From: Staphylococcus phage Twort
Length of the DNA stretch: 64,000 nt
Sequence record: NC_007021.1
Strand: one strand, 5' to 3'
Position 1 is the first letter of the stretch. The number at the start of each line of letters is the position of its first letter. The position numbers and the translations under genes were made by a program. The notes beneath the pieces were generated by a model, which was not told the origin of the DNA, did no database searches, and was given only the letters and a program-made list of their open reading frames with translations. This document shows positions 19,172 to 28,126 of this stretch, piece after piece.

Positions 19172-19372
19172 ATGTTAACTATTCTAGTACTCATTTGGGT
19201 ATTACTATTTTTAACTGTTTTATTTAATATTAAAGTAGGGAATATTTTTATTCTAGGTGATTATGTAGAATTTAAAGACAAATTTGTGGCAGTATCGTTC
19301 TTATTATTTTTATTGCTGTCTATGTTAATTGGTTTAATAATTATTCTTAAAGGAGTGTATGGACAATGGTAA
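19172..19372 (+). CDS. small membrane protein
   Basis: Hydrophobic 66-aa ORF. Confidence 0.45.
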   Translation: MLTILVLIWVLLFLTVLFNIKVGNIFILGDYVEFKDKFVAVSFLLFLLLSMLIGLIIILKGVYGQW

Positions 19373-19644
19373 AAGGAAACATTAAAGAACTTTTAAATTG
19401 TATTTGTGGTTGTGTAGATTCATTTATGGATGAAGGTAAAAGTTATGTAGTGTATTCAGACAAAAAAGTATTTGTTAAGTATAAAGGTGTTGTTATTGCA
19501 AGTATTGAAGATGATGTTGTTCATAGTAATGTATACCAACTTAAGACTGGTACTATAGAAAAACAAACCTTATATACTTTAGTTAAAGCACTTCAGTATT
19601 TAGTTAGTCTGGAGTATAGAGAACGAGAAGATATAAATATTTAA
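19366..19644 (+). CDS. hypothetical protein
   Basis: 92-aa ORF. Confidence 0.55.
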   Translation: MVKGNIKELLNCICGCVDSFMDEGKSYVVYSDKKVFVKYKGVVIASIEDDVVHSNVYQLKTGTIEKQTLYTLVKALQYLVSLEYREREDINI

Positions 19645-19653
19645 AAAAGTTTA

Positions 19654-19686
19654 GGGAATCTGTTGACATTCAGATTCCCTTTTGTT
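19654..19686 (+). terminator. terminator hairpin that overlaps the next -35
   Basis: GGGAATCTG-ttgacatt-CAGATTCCC followed by TTTT. Confidence 0.7.
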
Positions 19687-19691
19687 ATACT
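19663..19691 (+). promoter_or_regulatory. sigma-70-type promoter (TTGACA-17-TATACT)
   Basis: Consensus elements; the -35 sits in the terminator loop. Confidence 0.65.
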
Positions 19692-19722
19692 CTAATTAAG
19701 ATAAGAAAAGGAGATGTTTCAT

Positions 19723-20286
19723 ATGAAAAAATTATTTATGGTAGGAAGTTTAGGTCTGATGTTATTCGTAGGAGGTTGTGGTACTACAGAGCATAAAGAA
19801 GGTTCTCTGGAATCTAACACTAATGAAGTTGTAACAACAGAACAAAGTACAACACAAGAGTATAATGGAAGTAGTGAAGGTGGAAACGGAAACCCTAATG
19901 CAAATGTAACAACTGACCCAAGTGAAAAATATTTATCTGACTTTTTTGAGTCTAGGGCACAAGGAACAATATTAGATAGATTAGACCGCTATGCAGAATT
20001 AGTAGGTAAAATTAATAACCCAGAGGAAAACGTAGAAGCAGAAACATTACAATATGCTATTAAGAATATGGACACTTATGTAGAAGAGTTACCTGTTGAA
20101 ACAGAAGACGATGCTAAGGCACAAGAACAACTAAGACAAATGGTTCAATACTATAAGCAAGCAAATGAAAACTTTAAAGAATACCAAGATACTGGTGATA
20201 TAAATAAACTAAATAAAGGTAACGAAATGTATAATGAAGGATATACTTTAGAAGTAGAAGTAAAAAGAGGGACTAACTTAATTTAG
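19723..20286 (+). CDS. lipoprotein (signal peptide plus a LFVGGC lipobox-like motif)
   Basis: The ORF track starts at 19714. The ATG at 19723 is 9 nt after AAAAGGAG. The N-terminus is MKKLFMVGSLGLMLFVGGCGT. Confidence 0.65.
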   Translation: MKKLFMVGSLGLMLFVGGCGTTEHKEGSLESNTNEVVTTEQSTTQEYNGSSEGGNGNPNANVTTDPSEKYLSDFFESRAQGTILDRLDRYAELVGKINNPEENVEAETLQYAIKNMDTYVEELPVETEDDAKAQEQLRQMVQYYKQANENFKEYQDTGDINKLNKGNEMYNEGYTLEVEVKRGTNLI

Positions 20287-20302
20287 GAGGAGGAGATAAA
20301 TA

Positions 20303-20659
20303 ATGGAAAGAGTTACATGGGAAGATATTAAAAGATTAATAATACGCAATGGAACACTAGTACCACCGAATCTGCATGTTTATACAATAGGCAACTATCA
20401 AATTAATTATCATATACTAGAAGATAAAATATGTTTATGCAAGGATAATGTAGAAGTAGCAGTCATAAAAGGACATATGCCTTGTCATATCACAGAGTTA
20501 GAGGAGGTTACTAATAAAGCACTAAGGTTAAATAAGGGTATTACAAGTGTAATTGATTACTATAAGAAACAATACTTGTATTATAATAAATTAGAAAATG
20601 AAAGAAAAGAGCAGGAAGAAGAGAAACTAGAAAAGTTACAATCTTTTATGAATAAATAA
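20303..20659 (+). CDS. hypothetical protein; paralog of ORF 27387
   Basis: RBS GGAGGAGG. The C-terminus resembles that of the 27387..27731 product. Confidence 0.6.
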   Translation: MERVTWEDIKRLIIRNGTLVPPNLHVYTIGNYQINYHILEDKICLCKDNVEVAVIKGHMPCHITELEEVTNKALRLNKGITSVIDYYKKQYLYYNKLENERKEQEEEKLEKLQSFMNK

Positions 20660-20672
20660 GGAGGAATAGCTA

Positions 20673-20873
20673 ATGCGCCATGTAGAAATTAGGGAAAAAA
20701 TAAACGGGAAACAGGTTATTGTATTCTTTAAAAACCATTTCTTTAATAGAACTGTTGTGGTACTTGATTTAGATACAGGAGAACTTATCAATTTACCTAA
20801 AAAATCTATAGAGGAAGTGTATCCTATTTTAGTAGGGAACTTAGATACAAAAGAATTAAAAAAATATATTTAA
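20673..20873 (+). CDS. hypothetical protein
   Basis: RBS AAGGAGGAA. Confidence 0.55.
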   Translation: MRHVEIREKINGKQVIVFFKNHFFNRTVVVLDLDTGELINLPKKSIEEVYPILVGNLDTKELKKYI

Positions 20874-20886
20874 AGGAGAATTTATT

Positions 20887-21339
20887 ATGAGTAAATTAGA
20901 TTTATTAAAAGATATTGATATTGTTGAGTATTTAGAGGAACGAGATGTAGTAGAAGGTGTCGTAGGTAAACATAATGTTACTGTTAGGAAGGTACTAGAT
21001 AGTGAGTATGTTATAACTGTAGAGGGTGTAAAATATGAAAAAGTAGAGGGGTTCGACCTTCTAGTAGAACTATATCAAATTAAGTACTTTACTAAAGAAG
21101 ATATGAATAAAAAGTTAGAAAAAATATCTTCAGATATTCAAAAAGTAAAATTAGAAAAAGAATTAAGAGAAGAATTAAATAGCTTACTAAAGGGTATTGA
21201 AGAGAATTTAGTACATATTAAAGCCTTATTATTAACTAGTGAAGAACAAGGGTATACCCAAAACCTATTTAAACTTAATACTGGATACGAATCCATTAAA
21301 ATTATGAATGATATTATTAAATTTATTAAACATAAATAA
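20887..21339 (+). CDS. hypothetical protein
   Basis: RBS AAAGGAGAA. Confidence 0.6.
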   Translation: MSKLDLLKDIDIVEYLEERDVVEGVVGKHNVTVRKVLDSEYVITVEGVKYEKVEGFDLLVELYQIKYFTKEDMNKKLEKISSDIQKVKLEKELREELNSLLKGIEENLVHIKALLLTSEEQGYTQNLFKLNTGYESIKIMNDIIKFIKHK

Positions 21340-21347
21340 AAAAACTT

Positions 21348-21380
21348 AGACTTAGGTGTTGACATTCACCTAAGTCTTTT
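21348..21380 (+). terminator. terminator hairpin that overlaps the next -35
   Basis: AGACTTAGGTG-ttgacatt-CACCTAAGTCT followed by TTTT. Confidence 0.75.
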
Positions 21381-21387
21381 GTATACT
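21359..21387 (+). promoter_or_regulatory. sigma-70-type promoter (TTGACA-17-TATACT)
   Basis: Consensus promoter. Confidence 0.65.
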
Positions 21388-21419
21388 TAAGGTACAAAGA
21401 ATTTAGGAGGAGATTAATT

Positions 21420-21794
21420 ATGAAAAACACATATGAAAAAGTAATTGAATTTATTGAAGAAGAGTTTAAAGGAGATTATACACATGTTGTAGAAGGAAAG
21501 AGATATATTATCAATATGCTAGAGGAAGAAGAGCGTATTAATAGGAATAAATATATTGGTAAACAGAGTAAATTAGATATTATTTCAATTCTTGATTCCT
21601 TTAAATTTATTTTAAGAGTATTAAACAATAAAGAAACTAAACCTAATTTAGACCAAGCAACAGAAAAATACGTAGTTAAGACTGTAAATACAATGATGCA
21701 AGCAGTAAATGAAAGCAAGAAATATGGGAATGACAGTTATGAAAGTGATTATAAATTAAGGAGTGAAGATAAATTATGGAATATGAAAAGGTAG
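21420..21794 (+). CDS. hypothetical protein
   Basis: RBS AGGAGGAG. Confidence 0.6.
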   Translation: MKNTYEKVIEFIEEEFKGDYTHVVEGKRYIINMLEEEERINRNKYIGKQSKLDIISILDSFKFILRVLNNKETKPNLDQATEKYVVKTVNTMMQAVNESKKYGNDSYESDYKLRSEDKLWNMKR

Positions 21795-22069
21795 TACAAT
21801 ACGTTAAGGACTATGGGATTTACTTCAAGACCTCTAACACATGGAAACTAAATTTAAATAGTGGGTATTACATTAAGTATCAGACTCTTGAAAATGAAGA
21901 AATGTTGTTTATTAGTAATGGACTTATTAAAGGGGTACTAATAGATATTTACTTACAAAGTTTTAAACTAGACCTTTTAAAATATACTAATATTTATGAT
22001 GTTATTGATTATCATCTAGGAATAAAACCAGATAATTCTAATATTGAAAAATTTATGTGGGGAAGATAA
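21776..22069 (+). CDS. hypothetical protein; paralog of the frameshifted ORF 22101..22425
   Basis: 97-aa ORF. Confidence 0.55.
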   Translation: MEYEKVVQYVKDYGIYFKTSNTWKLNLNSGYYIKYQTLENEEMLFISNGLIKGVLIDIYLQSFKLDLLKYTNIYDVIDYHLGIKPDNSNIEKFMWGR

Positions 22070-22100
22070 TTTATAACTAGGATTAGAAATTTTGTGAAAT

Positions 22101-22425
22101 ATGGGGGATTAAAATAGATACAATAGATGTAATAAATTATATTAAAGAGAATGGAAAACATTATAGTTTAGAAAATTTAAGTGATAAGTGGGACTTAGAG
22201 TTAGAGAACGGATACCATATTCGGTATACTATACTCAATCTATTATTTAAGATTCATGAGTTAACAATTATTAAAGGTACACGTAATAGAACATTTAGAC
22301 AAAATGAAATTATACAATTTGATGAATCACTAAAAGGAAAAGAAAATATTTACCAAGTTATAGATTGTTGGTTACCTACAGAACCTGCTAACAAAGATAT
22401 TGACAAATTTTTTAAATACAAATAA
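22101..22425 (+). pseudogene. paralog of ORF 21776..22069 with a frameshift in a G5 run just after the ATG
   Basis: The ATG at 22101 is followed by GGGGG. With 4 G's the frame would read MGIKIDTIDVINYIKENGKHYSL... through to the TAA at 22423-22425. As written it is M-G-D-stop. Confidence 0.45.
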
Positions 22426-22437
22426 GGAGAGTTAATT

Positions 22438-22893
22438 ATGGATAAAAAACAATTAGAAGATTTACGTAATAAATGGTTTGGATTGTTAGTTGATAATATT
22501 ATGGATTATGATGATACAATTCATATTCAAGATATTTATAAATTAGTAGAAAAGACGGAAAGTATTAATATCTTAGATTCCTTTTATAGAACTAGAAATA
22601 GTGTTAACATGTTTAAAGATTGGATAGAAGATAATAGTGAAAGTTCTATTGAAAAGATATTAGAAAAGAGAAATATAGGGTATGAAAAGAAAGAAGTAGG
22701 AAATGAAACTCACTACATATTCTTCTTGGATGATAATACTAATTTTTATACAATTGAGAAAACCCCTCATTCAATTTTCTTAAATATATTTGATATTAAT
22801 ACCTCTGAATTTGAGACTTATATAGACATAAATGATTACAAAGAACTATCCATGCATATAGATAAACTTATGAGGTATGAAGATGAAAATTAA
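22438..22893 (+). CDS. hypothetical protein
   Basis: RBS AAGGAGAG. Confidence 0.6.
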   Translation: MDKKQLEDLRNKWFGLLVDNIMDYDDTIHIQDIYKLVEKTESINILDSFYRTRNSVNMFKDWIEDNSESSIEKILEKRNIGYEKKEVGNETHYIFFLDDNTNFYTIEKTPHSIFLNIFDINTSEFETYIDINDYKELSMHIDKLMRYEDEN

Positions 22894-23095
22894 AGTAGAT
22901 GATGAACAGTGGATATATGAAAGAGATAAATACCCTATGATTAAAACAAGAAATTGTGGTATTGGAGAGAGCTCACTTGGTTATTACTTTACTTACAAAC
23001 CCGTTGTAGAAATAGAGGGTAAGGATGTTCCTATAGAGGATGGGGATATTTTAATTGTAGAGAATGATAAAGTGACACAAATATATAAAAATTAG
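22877..23095 (+). CDS. hypothetical protein
   Basis: 72-aa ORF. Confidence 0.5.
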   Translation: MKMKIKVDDEQWIYERDKYPMIKTRNCGIGESSLGYYFTYKPVVEIEGKDVPIEDGDILIVENDKVTQIYKN

Positions 23096-23157
23096 CACCT
23101 ATAAAGATGTTTGTAATACTATTTAACTAAACTAAACATTAGAAAGGATAGATTTAA

Positions 23158-23490
23158 ATGGCAAGAGTAAAAATTTATAACGTAATTGAGAAAATGTGTA
23201 TAGAAAAACTAAAGGAAGAGGTGTATGATGAAAATATTGATGCTTTTTCTAACTTGAATAGACATAAGTTTCAGTTAACTTTACACTACTGGAAAAATAC
23301 AAATGACCCACATTATAATAACTTACCTGATAAACTCGTATTTAAAGGTACTTATAAAGAGTTATATGAAAAGGCGTATGGTAGTGGGTTAATTGAATCT
23401 GAATATGCTTTTGCAAGTTCACTTAAAAAAGAAGAAAAGTATGACTCACTAATTCAAATAGAAATAAAAGAAGTAGAAATATTAGAATAA
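23158..23490 (+). CDS. hypothetical protein
   Basis: RBS AAAGGATAG. Confidence 0.55.
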   Translation: MARVKIYNVIEKMCIEKLKEEVYDENIDAFSNLNRHKFQLTLHYWKNTNDPHYNNLPDKLVFKGTYKELYEKAYGSGLIESEYAFASSLKKEEKYDSLIQIEIKEVEILE

Positions 23491-23499
23491 AGAATATTG

Positions 23500-24510
23500 A
23501 GTTAGCTTAATAAAAAGAATAAAGTCTTAAAAATCCACTATATATAAAGTATATAGTGGTTTTGTTGTAATATAAGAATAAATAAACTAAATATATATAA
23601 AAAAATAGTAAAAAGATATAAAGATATAAAGATAGGAATAGGTATATAGTAGATAAAAGGAAAGACTGAAATACACTAACCTAGTATATTATACATAGTA
23701 AATATATATATGTATATATAACTTAAAGTATAATAATAATTATATACACTGATACGTATAGTAATAAATACCTATAATTAAAAATAAAATTAAATAAGTA
23801 AAGATAACTAAATTAAAACCAATTAAAAGAAAACGAACCCCAGAACTTTTTCTTATATATAAGAATATGTAGTAGAAAAAGAAAAAGAAGAAAGAAAGAT
23901 AGCTAGAAGAATAGAGTTATTGTAAAGAAAGTAATTAGAAATAAATAAGTGAATAAATAAAGGTATAAGAGGGAGTAGTGTAAAAGAATAAATAATAGAA
24001 GAAGTAAATATAGATACCCTATAAGCATAATAAGCAATGTAAATAAGAAACAATGTAAGTAACTATACAATAAGTAATAGGTAATAGGTAATACAATAAA
24101 CAATAAAAACTAATAGTAAATAACAATACAATAGCAATAACAATACAATAGACAAAGAAACAGATAATACAAACCCCAGAACTTTTTCGACCCTCCGTCC
24201 CGTCCTACTTAATGTAGTATACGGTTATATTATGTTTGAAATATAGATATTTATTATACTTTACTTACTTTAATTACTGTATAATGCTTAATATTCTACA
24301 CTTAATCTATAGTAATATACTAGTTATCTACCTTAATGTATTAGTTATTTATACTAATCTGGTACTATCAATGCTTTATTCTACCTTTATATACTATTAC
24401 TTATATATACTCTTATATGGTTTCCGCTTCTACACTTTTTTTGTATACATGTATATATATGTATTGACATTCTATATAGTATTTGGTATACTTAATATAT
24501 ACTTATAAGG
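23500..24510. other. about 1 kb non-coding low-complexity tract: a purine-rich plus strand (about 23520-24170), then a pyrimidine-rich plus strand (about 24236-24480)
   Basis: The first part has almost no C and the second almost no G. A 17-bp direct repeat AACCCCAGAACTTTTTC sits at 23836-23852 and 24172-24188. The predicted ORFs here are low-complexity artefacts. Confidence 0.6.
24464..24492 (+). promoter_or_regulatory. sigma-70-type promoter (TTGACA-17-TATACT)
   Basis: Consensus promoter upstream of RBS AAGGAGGG and the ATG at 24523. Confidence 0.65.
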
Positions 24511-24522
24511 AGGGAAGTTATT

Positions 24523-25269
24523 ATGTTTAATGAAGAAACTACAAATAGAACTAGATTAAGTAAGGAAGATATAGATAATAGGATAAAAGAGCGTAAGTTG
24601 TGGATGAGAACTAAATGTAAGGAAGGTAAACACACAACATTCAGCAATTGTATTATCGAGAATATAGACTTAAGTGGTTATTACTTACGTGGATTAGATT
24701 TCCATGGGTCTAGGTTAGAAAATGTTAATTTAAGTAACGTAGACTTGTCAGTTGCAGACCTATCAGGTACTGAGATTATTAATTGTAATTTACATGGTAC
24801 TAACTTCAAGGAATCTAATATAAATAATAGTGAGATATTTGCATGTAGAATTGAAGATGTAGATATGAGTTATACTGACCTTCGTAATTCTACTATAATT
24901 ACTGAAATATATAATACTAATTTTAATTATACTAATATGAATCATAGTCATTTAAAGTGTGCAACATTAGTAGGATGTACGTTTAAAGATACTAGTTTAC
25001 GGCATGCAGTATTAGATTATGTTAGGGTAGCAGATACTGAGTTATCTAAAGCAAGTTTAAATAGTGCTGTTATCTTAGATATTGAGGGTCTAAATGTTTA
25101 CTCTGTTGGTAATAATGGTAATCCTATTATTTATATTCCTAAATATGATAAAGTATTTGCGGAGCACTGGACTTCTACACTAGATGGATTTCTAAAGCAA
25201 GGACTTGAAATGGAAGAAGAAAAAGGTAAGATTGAGAAAATTTATGAATTCTTTAAGGTATGTAGGTAG
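24523..25269 (+). CDS. pentapeptide-repeat protein
   Basis: Tandem A(D/N)LxX-type pentapeptides, for example NIDLSGYYLRGLDFHGSRLENVNLSNVDLSVADLSGTEIINCNLHGTNF. Confidence 0.8.
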   Translation: MFNEETTNRTRLSKEDIDNRIKERKLWMRTKCKEGKHTTFSNCIIENIDLSGYYLRGLDFHGSRLENVNLSNVDLSVADLSGTEIINCNLHGTNFKESNINNSEIFACRIEDVDMSYTDLRNSTIITEIYNTNFNYTNMNHSHLKCATLVGCTFKDTSLRHAVLDYVRVADTELSKASLNSAVILDIEGLNVYSVGNNGNPIIYIPKYDKVFAEHWTSTLDGFLKQGLEMEEEKGKIEKIYEFFKVCR

Positions 25270-25298
25270 AAGCGGTAAACTATTCCGCTTCTTTTTTA
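25269..25298 (+). terminator. rho-independent terminator
   Basis: GAAGCGG-taaactatt-CCGCTTC followed by TTTTTT. Confidence 0.8.
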
Positions 25299-25307
25299 TA
25301 TTTATTG

Positions 25308-25336
25308 TTGACATTCTATATAGCAAGTAGTATAAT
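25308..25336 (+). promoter_or_regulatory. sigma-70 consensus promoter (TTGACA-17-TATAAT)
   Basis: Perfect consensus hexamers with a 17-nt spacer. Confidence 0.75.
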
Positions 25337-25366
25337 AGGCTTATAAACAAGTAGGAGGAGATTATA

Positions 25367-25774
25367 ATGAAAATTAAAAAGCAAGTAACATTTAAAGAAC
25401 TAATGGGGTTATACTATAAAGGAGAATTAGAACAGGGAGATTATGAAGCCGAACAAGGCAATACTATTGTAAAGGTATCTTGTGGTATCATAGGAATATC
25501 TTTCTCACAATTCTATAAAAATAAAGATATGTTTGATTCATTTCCATATATAAAGAATGATACACTGTTTACTATAGAACAAGAAATAGGTTTAAATACT
25601 AAGTTAGATAAAGTGGTTGTAGTTTATGAAGATACGGCTGATATAGAATATGATATAAGTGTTAACAATATTTTAAGACGCTATGATTTTGATGCGGAAG
25701 ACTATATTGTATCTATCAACGTAGAAGTAAATAATGAATTACAGACAGTATGGAAAGATGGGAAGTTACTATGA
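25367..25774 (+). CDS. hypothetical protein
   Basis: RBS AGGAGGAG. Confidence 0.6.
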   Translation: MKIKKQVTFKELMGLYYKGELEQGDYEAEQGNTIVKVSCGIIGISFSQFYKNKDMFDSFPYIKNDTLFTIEQEIGLNTKLDKVVVVYEDTADIEYDISVNNILRRYDFDAEDYIVSINVEVNNELQTVWKDGKLL

Positions 25775-25959
25775 TTAGTAGTATATTAATGGTTATTATA
25801 ATTAGTATTATTGTATTAAGTACAGCGTGTTACTTATTTTATTTGATGGTAGAAGCGGTTAAGTATGAAGATGTATTTCTGTTTATAGCTACGCTTGTAC
25901 TTAATATAGTGTACTGGTTAACGATTATCTTTCTTATTCTTAAATACTTTGGGTTGTAA
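25771..25959 (+). CDS. small membrane protein of the MISSI...KYFGL family
   Basis: The ORF track starts at 25750. The ATG at 25771 overlaps the upstream stop as ATGA. The product begins MISSILMV and ends LKYFGL. Confidence 0.55.
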   Translation: MISSILMVIIISIIVLSTACYLFYLMVEAVKYEDVFLFIATLVLNIVYWLTIIFLILKYFGL

Positions 25960-26004
25960 AATAAACTATACGAATATTGTTAAGTAATAATAAGGAGTGG
26001 TATA

Positions 26005-26502
26005 ATGGTAAATAAAAATTTGTCAGAATCAATTACTAAAGAAGTTAAAGATAAGTTACATGAATTGGTAGATAATTTAGATATTGAGGTAGAATATAAA
26101 TTTAATCATGCAGGCAGTGTAGAAGTAGATGTTAAGTTTGATATTAAAGAAAAACCTTTTACATTAGATAGAGATATTCCTGTAATAAACACGGCTTATA
26201 GTAAACTAATTGGTACGCTAGAAGAAGATAATAAGAAATTAATGGGAAATATTATCGAGGAGAATAAAAAGAAATATCCTAAGGAATTAGATAAGTATGA
26301 TTTAAGTAAGTATAATTTTGAGTTTAATGATATAGATAAGGATACTAGGGAAGATACTAGAACTGTATATATTAGATTTAACGATGGTAGGGTACTCCCT
26401 ATATTCTTAGAAGACCTTATATTCTACTTATCTATTAGTAAAGAAGGAGACACGTTATCTTTTAATTATGAAGATGTAGATATAGTTGAATTAATGGGTT
26501 GA
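26005..26502 (+). CDS. hypothetical protein
   Basis: RBS AAGGAGTGG. Confidence 0.6.
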   Translation: MVNKNLSESITKEVKDKLHELVDNLDIEVEYKFNHAGSVEVDVKFDIKEKPFTLDRDIPVINTAYSKLIGTLEEDNKKLMGNIIEENKKKYPKELDKYDLSKYNFEFNDIDKDTREDTRTVYIRFNDGRVLPIFLEDLIFYLSISKEGDTLSFNYEDVDIVELMG

Positions 26503-26527
26503 CAAAGTGTTAAGTACATGGTATAGT
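26499..26527 (+). promoter_or_regulatory. sigma-70-type promoter (TTGACA-17-TATAGT)
   Basis: The -35 overlaps the stop codon of ORF 26005. Confidence 0.6.
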
Positions 26528-26559
26528 AAGTACATAAGAATAGTAGGAGGAATTTAATT

Positions 26560-26793
26560 ATGGACTTAATTAGTTATTTAGAGAATGAAGGATTTGAAGT
26601 AAGTAAAGAACATGGGTATGAAGGAGATTGTTATTTAGTAAAAAGTATTGAAGGTAATGAAGTACCTATTGAAATTATCAGTGACACTGTTATTATTACT
26701 GATGATAATGGGACAGATATTCATGTTGATGCTAATAAACCTAAAGCTATTGTAGATGTACTTTTAGATTTAACAAGCACTGATTATGAGTAA
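26560..26793 (+). CDS. hypothetical acidic protein
   Basis: RBS AGGAGGAA. Confidence 0.55.
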   Translation: MDLISYLENEGFEVSKEHGYEGDCYLVKSIEGNEVPIEIISDTVIITDDNGTDIHVDANKPKAIVDVLLDLTSTDYE

Positions 26794-26816
26794 TTGTATA
26801 TTAGGAGGAATTAATT

Positions 26817-27119
26817 ATGTTTAAAAAGTCAAAAGAAAAGAATAAAGTAGAATATGGTAGAAACGAAGGTAGCCATGTACCACAAAATAAGGCATTAGTT
26901 CAGTTAGTTAGAGATATTACTGGTGGTTTTGTTTTACCTCTTACAGATGGTCATGAGTATGTAGTAGTAATTCGTGGTACTAAGACGCTAGTATTTAATG
27001 TTGTAGGTGAAAGAATTTACTTAAGTGGTTCATTATTAGGTAAAGATTTTTCTTGTGCTGACAACAAAAATAATCCTGTTTCTATTGAAGTAGTTAAATT
27101 AATTTCTAAATTAGTATAA
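26817..27119 (+). CDS. hypothetical protein
   Basis: RBS AGGAGGAA. Confidence 0.55.
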   Translation: MFKKSKEKNKVEYGRNEGSHVPQNKALVQLVRDITGGFVLPLTDGHEYVVVIRGTKTLVFNVVGERIYLSGSLLGKDFSCADNKNNPVSIEVVKLISKLV

Positions 27120-27127
27120 AGTATATT

Positions 27128-27155
27128 ACCGCTTCTATTATTGAAGCGGTTTTTA
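27128..27155 (+). terminator. rho-independent terminator
   Basis: ACCGCTTC-tattatt-GAAGCGGT followed by TTTTT. Confidence 0.75.
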
Positions 27156-27324
27156 TTATACCTTACTATGCTCTAATTCTTTCATATTTAACGTATATAG
27201 GGTTTTATATGTATTTAGGTATATTTATATTAAAAAGCACTATCGTTTGTTATACGTTGTCTATAGAGCATATAGAGGGTATTAAAAGAATACAAAATTT
27301 ATAGTAAATAATTGAAATTAATGT

Positions 27325-27353
27325 TTGACATTCTATGAGTTATAGCTTATAGT
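27325..27353 (+). promoter_or_regulatory. sigma-70-type promoter (TTGACA-17-TATAGT)
   Basis: Consensus -35 and 17-nt spacer. Confidence 0.6.
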
Positions 27354-27386
27354 AAGTATATAGAAGAAATTAGGAGGAGATTAATT

Positions 27387-27731
27387 ATGGAAGTTTTTGA
27401 TTTAAAAAAGTTTGTTGTTGATAACGGCTTACATATACAAGAAGGTTCTATGTCATATTATGAGTATAAGGTAGATTCTAGCTATTCTATTAGGGTTGTT
27501 AGTAGATTGGCATATTGTGATGTTATTGTGTTTGTGTATAAGAGTAAATACATCCATAGTATTAATACTACCTATGAGGAAGATAAGGTAGAAGAATTAG
27601 AAAAGCTATTAGAAGAAAGTAAGAATATTTCAGTAGTTATGGACTATTACTTAATTAAACGTATGGAAAGGAAACGTATTGAAGCGGAAGAACAAAGAAA
27701 ATTAGATAAATTTATGTTAAAAGGAGAATAG
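27387..27731 (+). CDS. hypothetical protein; paralog of ORF 20303
   Basis: RBS AGGAGGAG. Confidence 0.6.
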   Translation: MEVFDLKKFVVDNGLHIQEGSMSYYEYKVDSSYSIRVVSRLAYCDVIVFVYKSKYIHSINTTYEEDKVEELEKLLEESKNISVVMDYYLIKRMERKRIEAEEQRKLDKFMLKGE

Positions 27732-27767
27732 TGTTTGATATATAATAAGTATTAGGAGGTGTAACTT

Positions 27768-27941
27768 ATGATTTTAATTTTAGTATTACTTACAATTAAT
27801 CTTATATGTTTAATTATTATTGGTAATAGTATCTTAGAATTAGAGGGGAAGCGGGCTTTAGTTAACTGTATCTTATTCTCAGTACCAGTGATTGCTATTG
27901 TTGTATGTATATATAGTTTAGTATTGGAGTGTTGGTTATGA
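27768..27941 (+). CDS. small membrane protein (57 aa); absent from the ORF track
   Basis: The ATG is 6 nt after AGGAGGTG. The product is hydrophobic, and its stop overlaps the next start as ATGA. Confidence 0.45.
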   Translation: MILILVLLTINLICLIIIGNSILELEGKRALVNCILFSVPVIAIVVCIYSLVLECWL

Positions 27942-28126
27942 TTAGTAGTATTATAGAGTTCATTGTAATAAGTATAATTAGTGTAGTTTCAGTAGGTGTG
28001 TTTGGGTTTATGTGGTATGCAGTATTTTATACTAAGGATAAAGTATTACTTTCAGTTGCTATACTACTAACAGTTATTCTTGGATTATCTGGGCTTGGTG
28101 CTACATTAGATTACTTTGGATTGTAG
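27938..28126 (+). CDS. small membrane protein of the MISSI...DYFGL family
   Basis: The ORF track starts at the GTG at 27929. The ATG at 27938 gives MISSIIEF...LDYFGL. Confidence 0.55.
   Translation: MISSIIEFIVISIISVVSVGVFGFMWYAVFYTKDKVLLSVAILLTVILGLSGLGATLDYFGL

Noticed and set aside
19155-19183. TTGACA at 19155 as the promoter for ORF 19172
   Set aside because: The -10 (ACTATT) is poor and the annotated ATG falls inside the spacer. This promoter and start pair is left uncalled.
23853-24508. ORFs 23853..24053(-), 23903..24103(-) and 24236..24508(+) from the six-frame track
   Set aside because: Their translations are runs of F, L, I, Y and S, read from homopurine or homopyrimidine DNA. They have no RBS and overlap one another. 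They are compositional artefacts of the strand-asymmetric tract.
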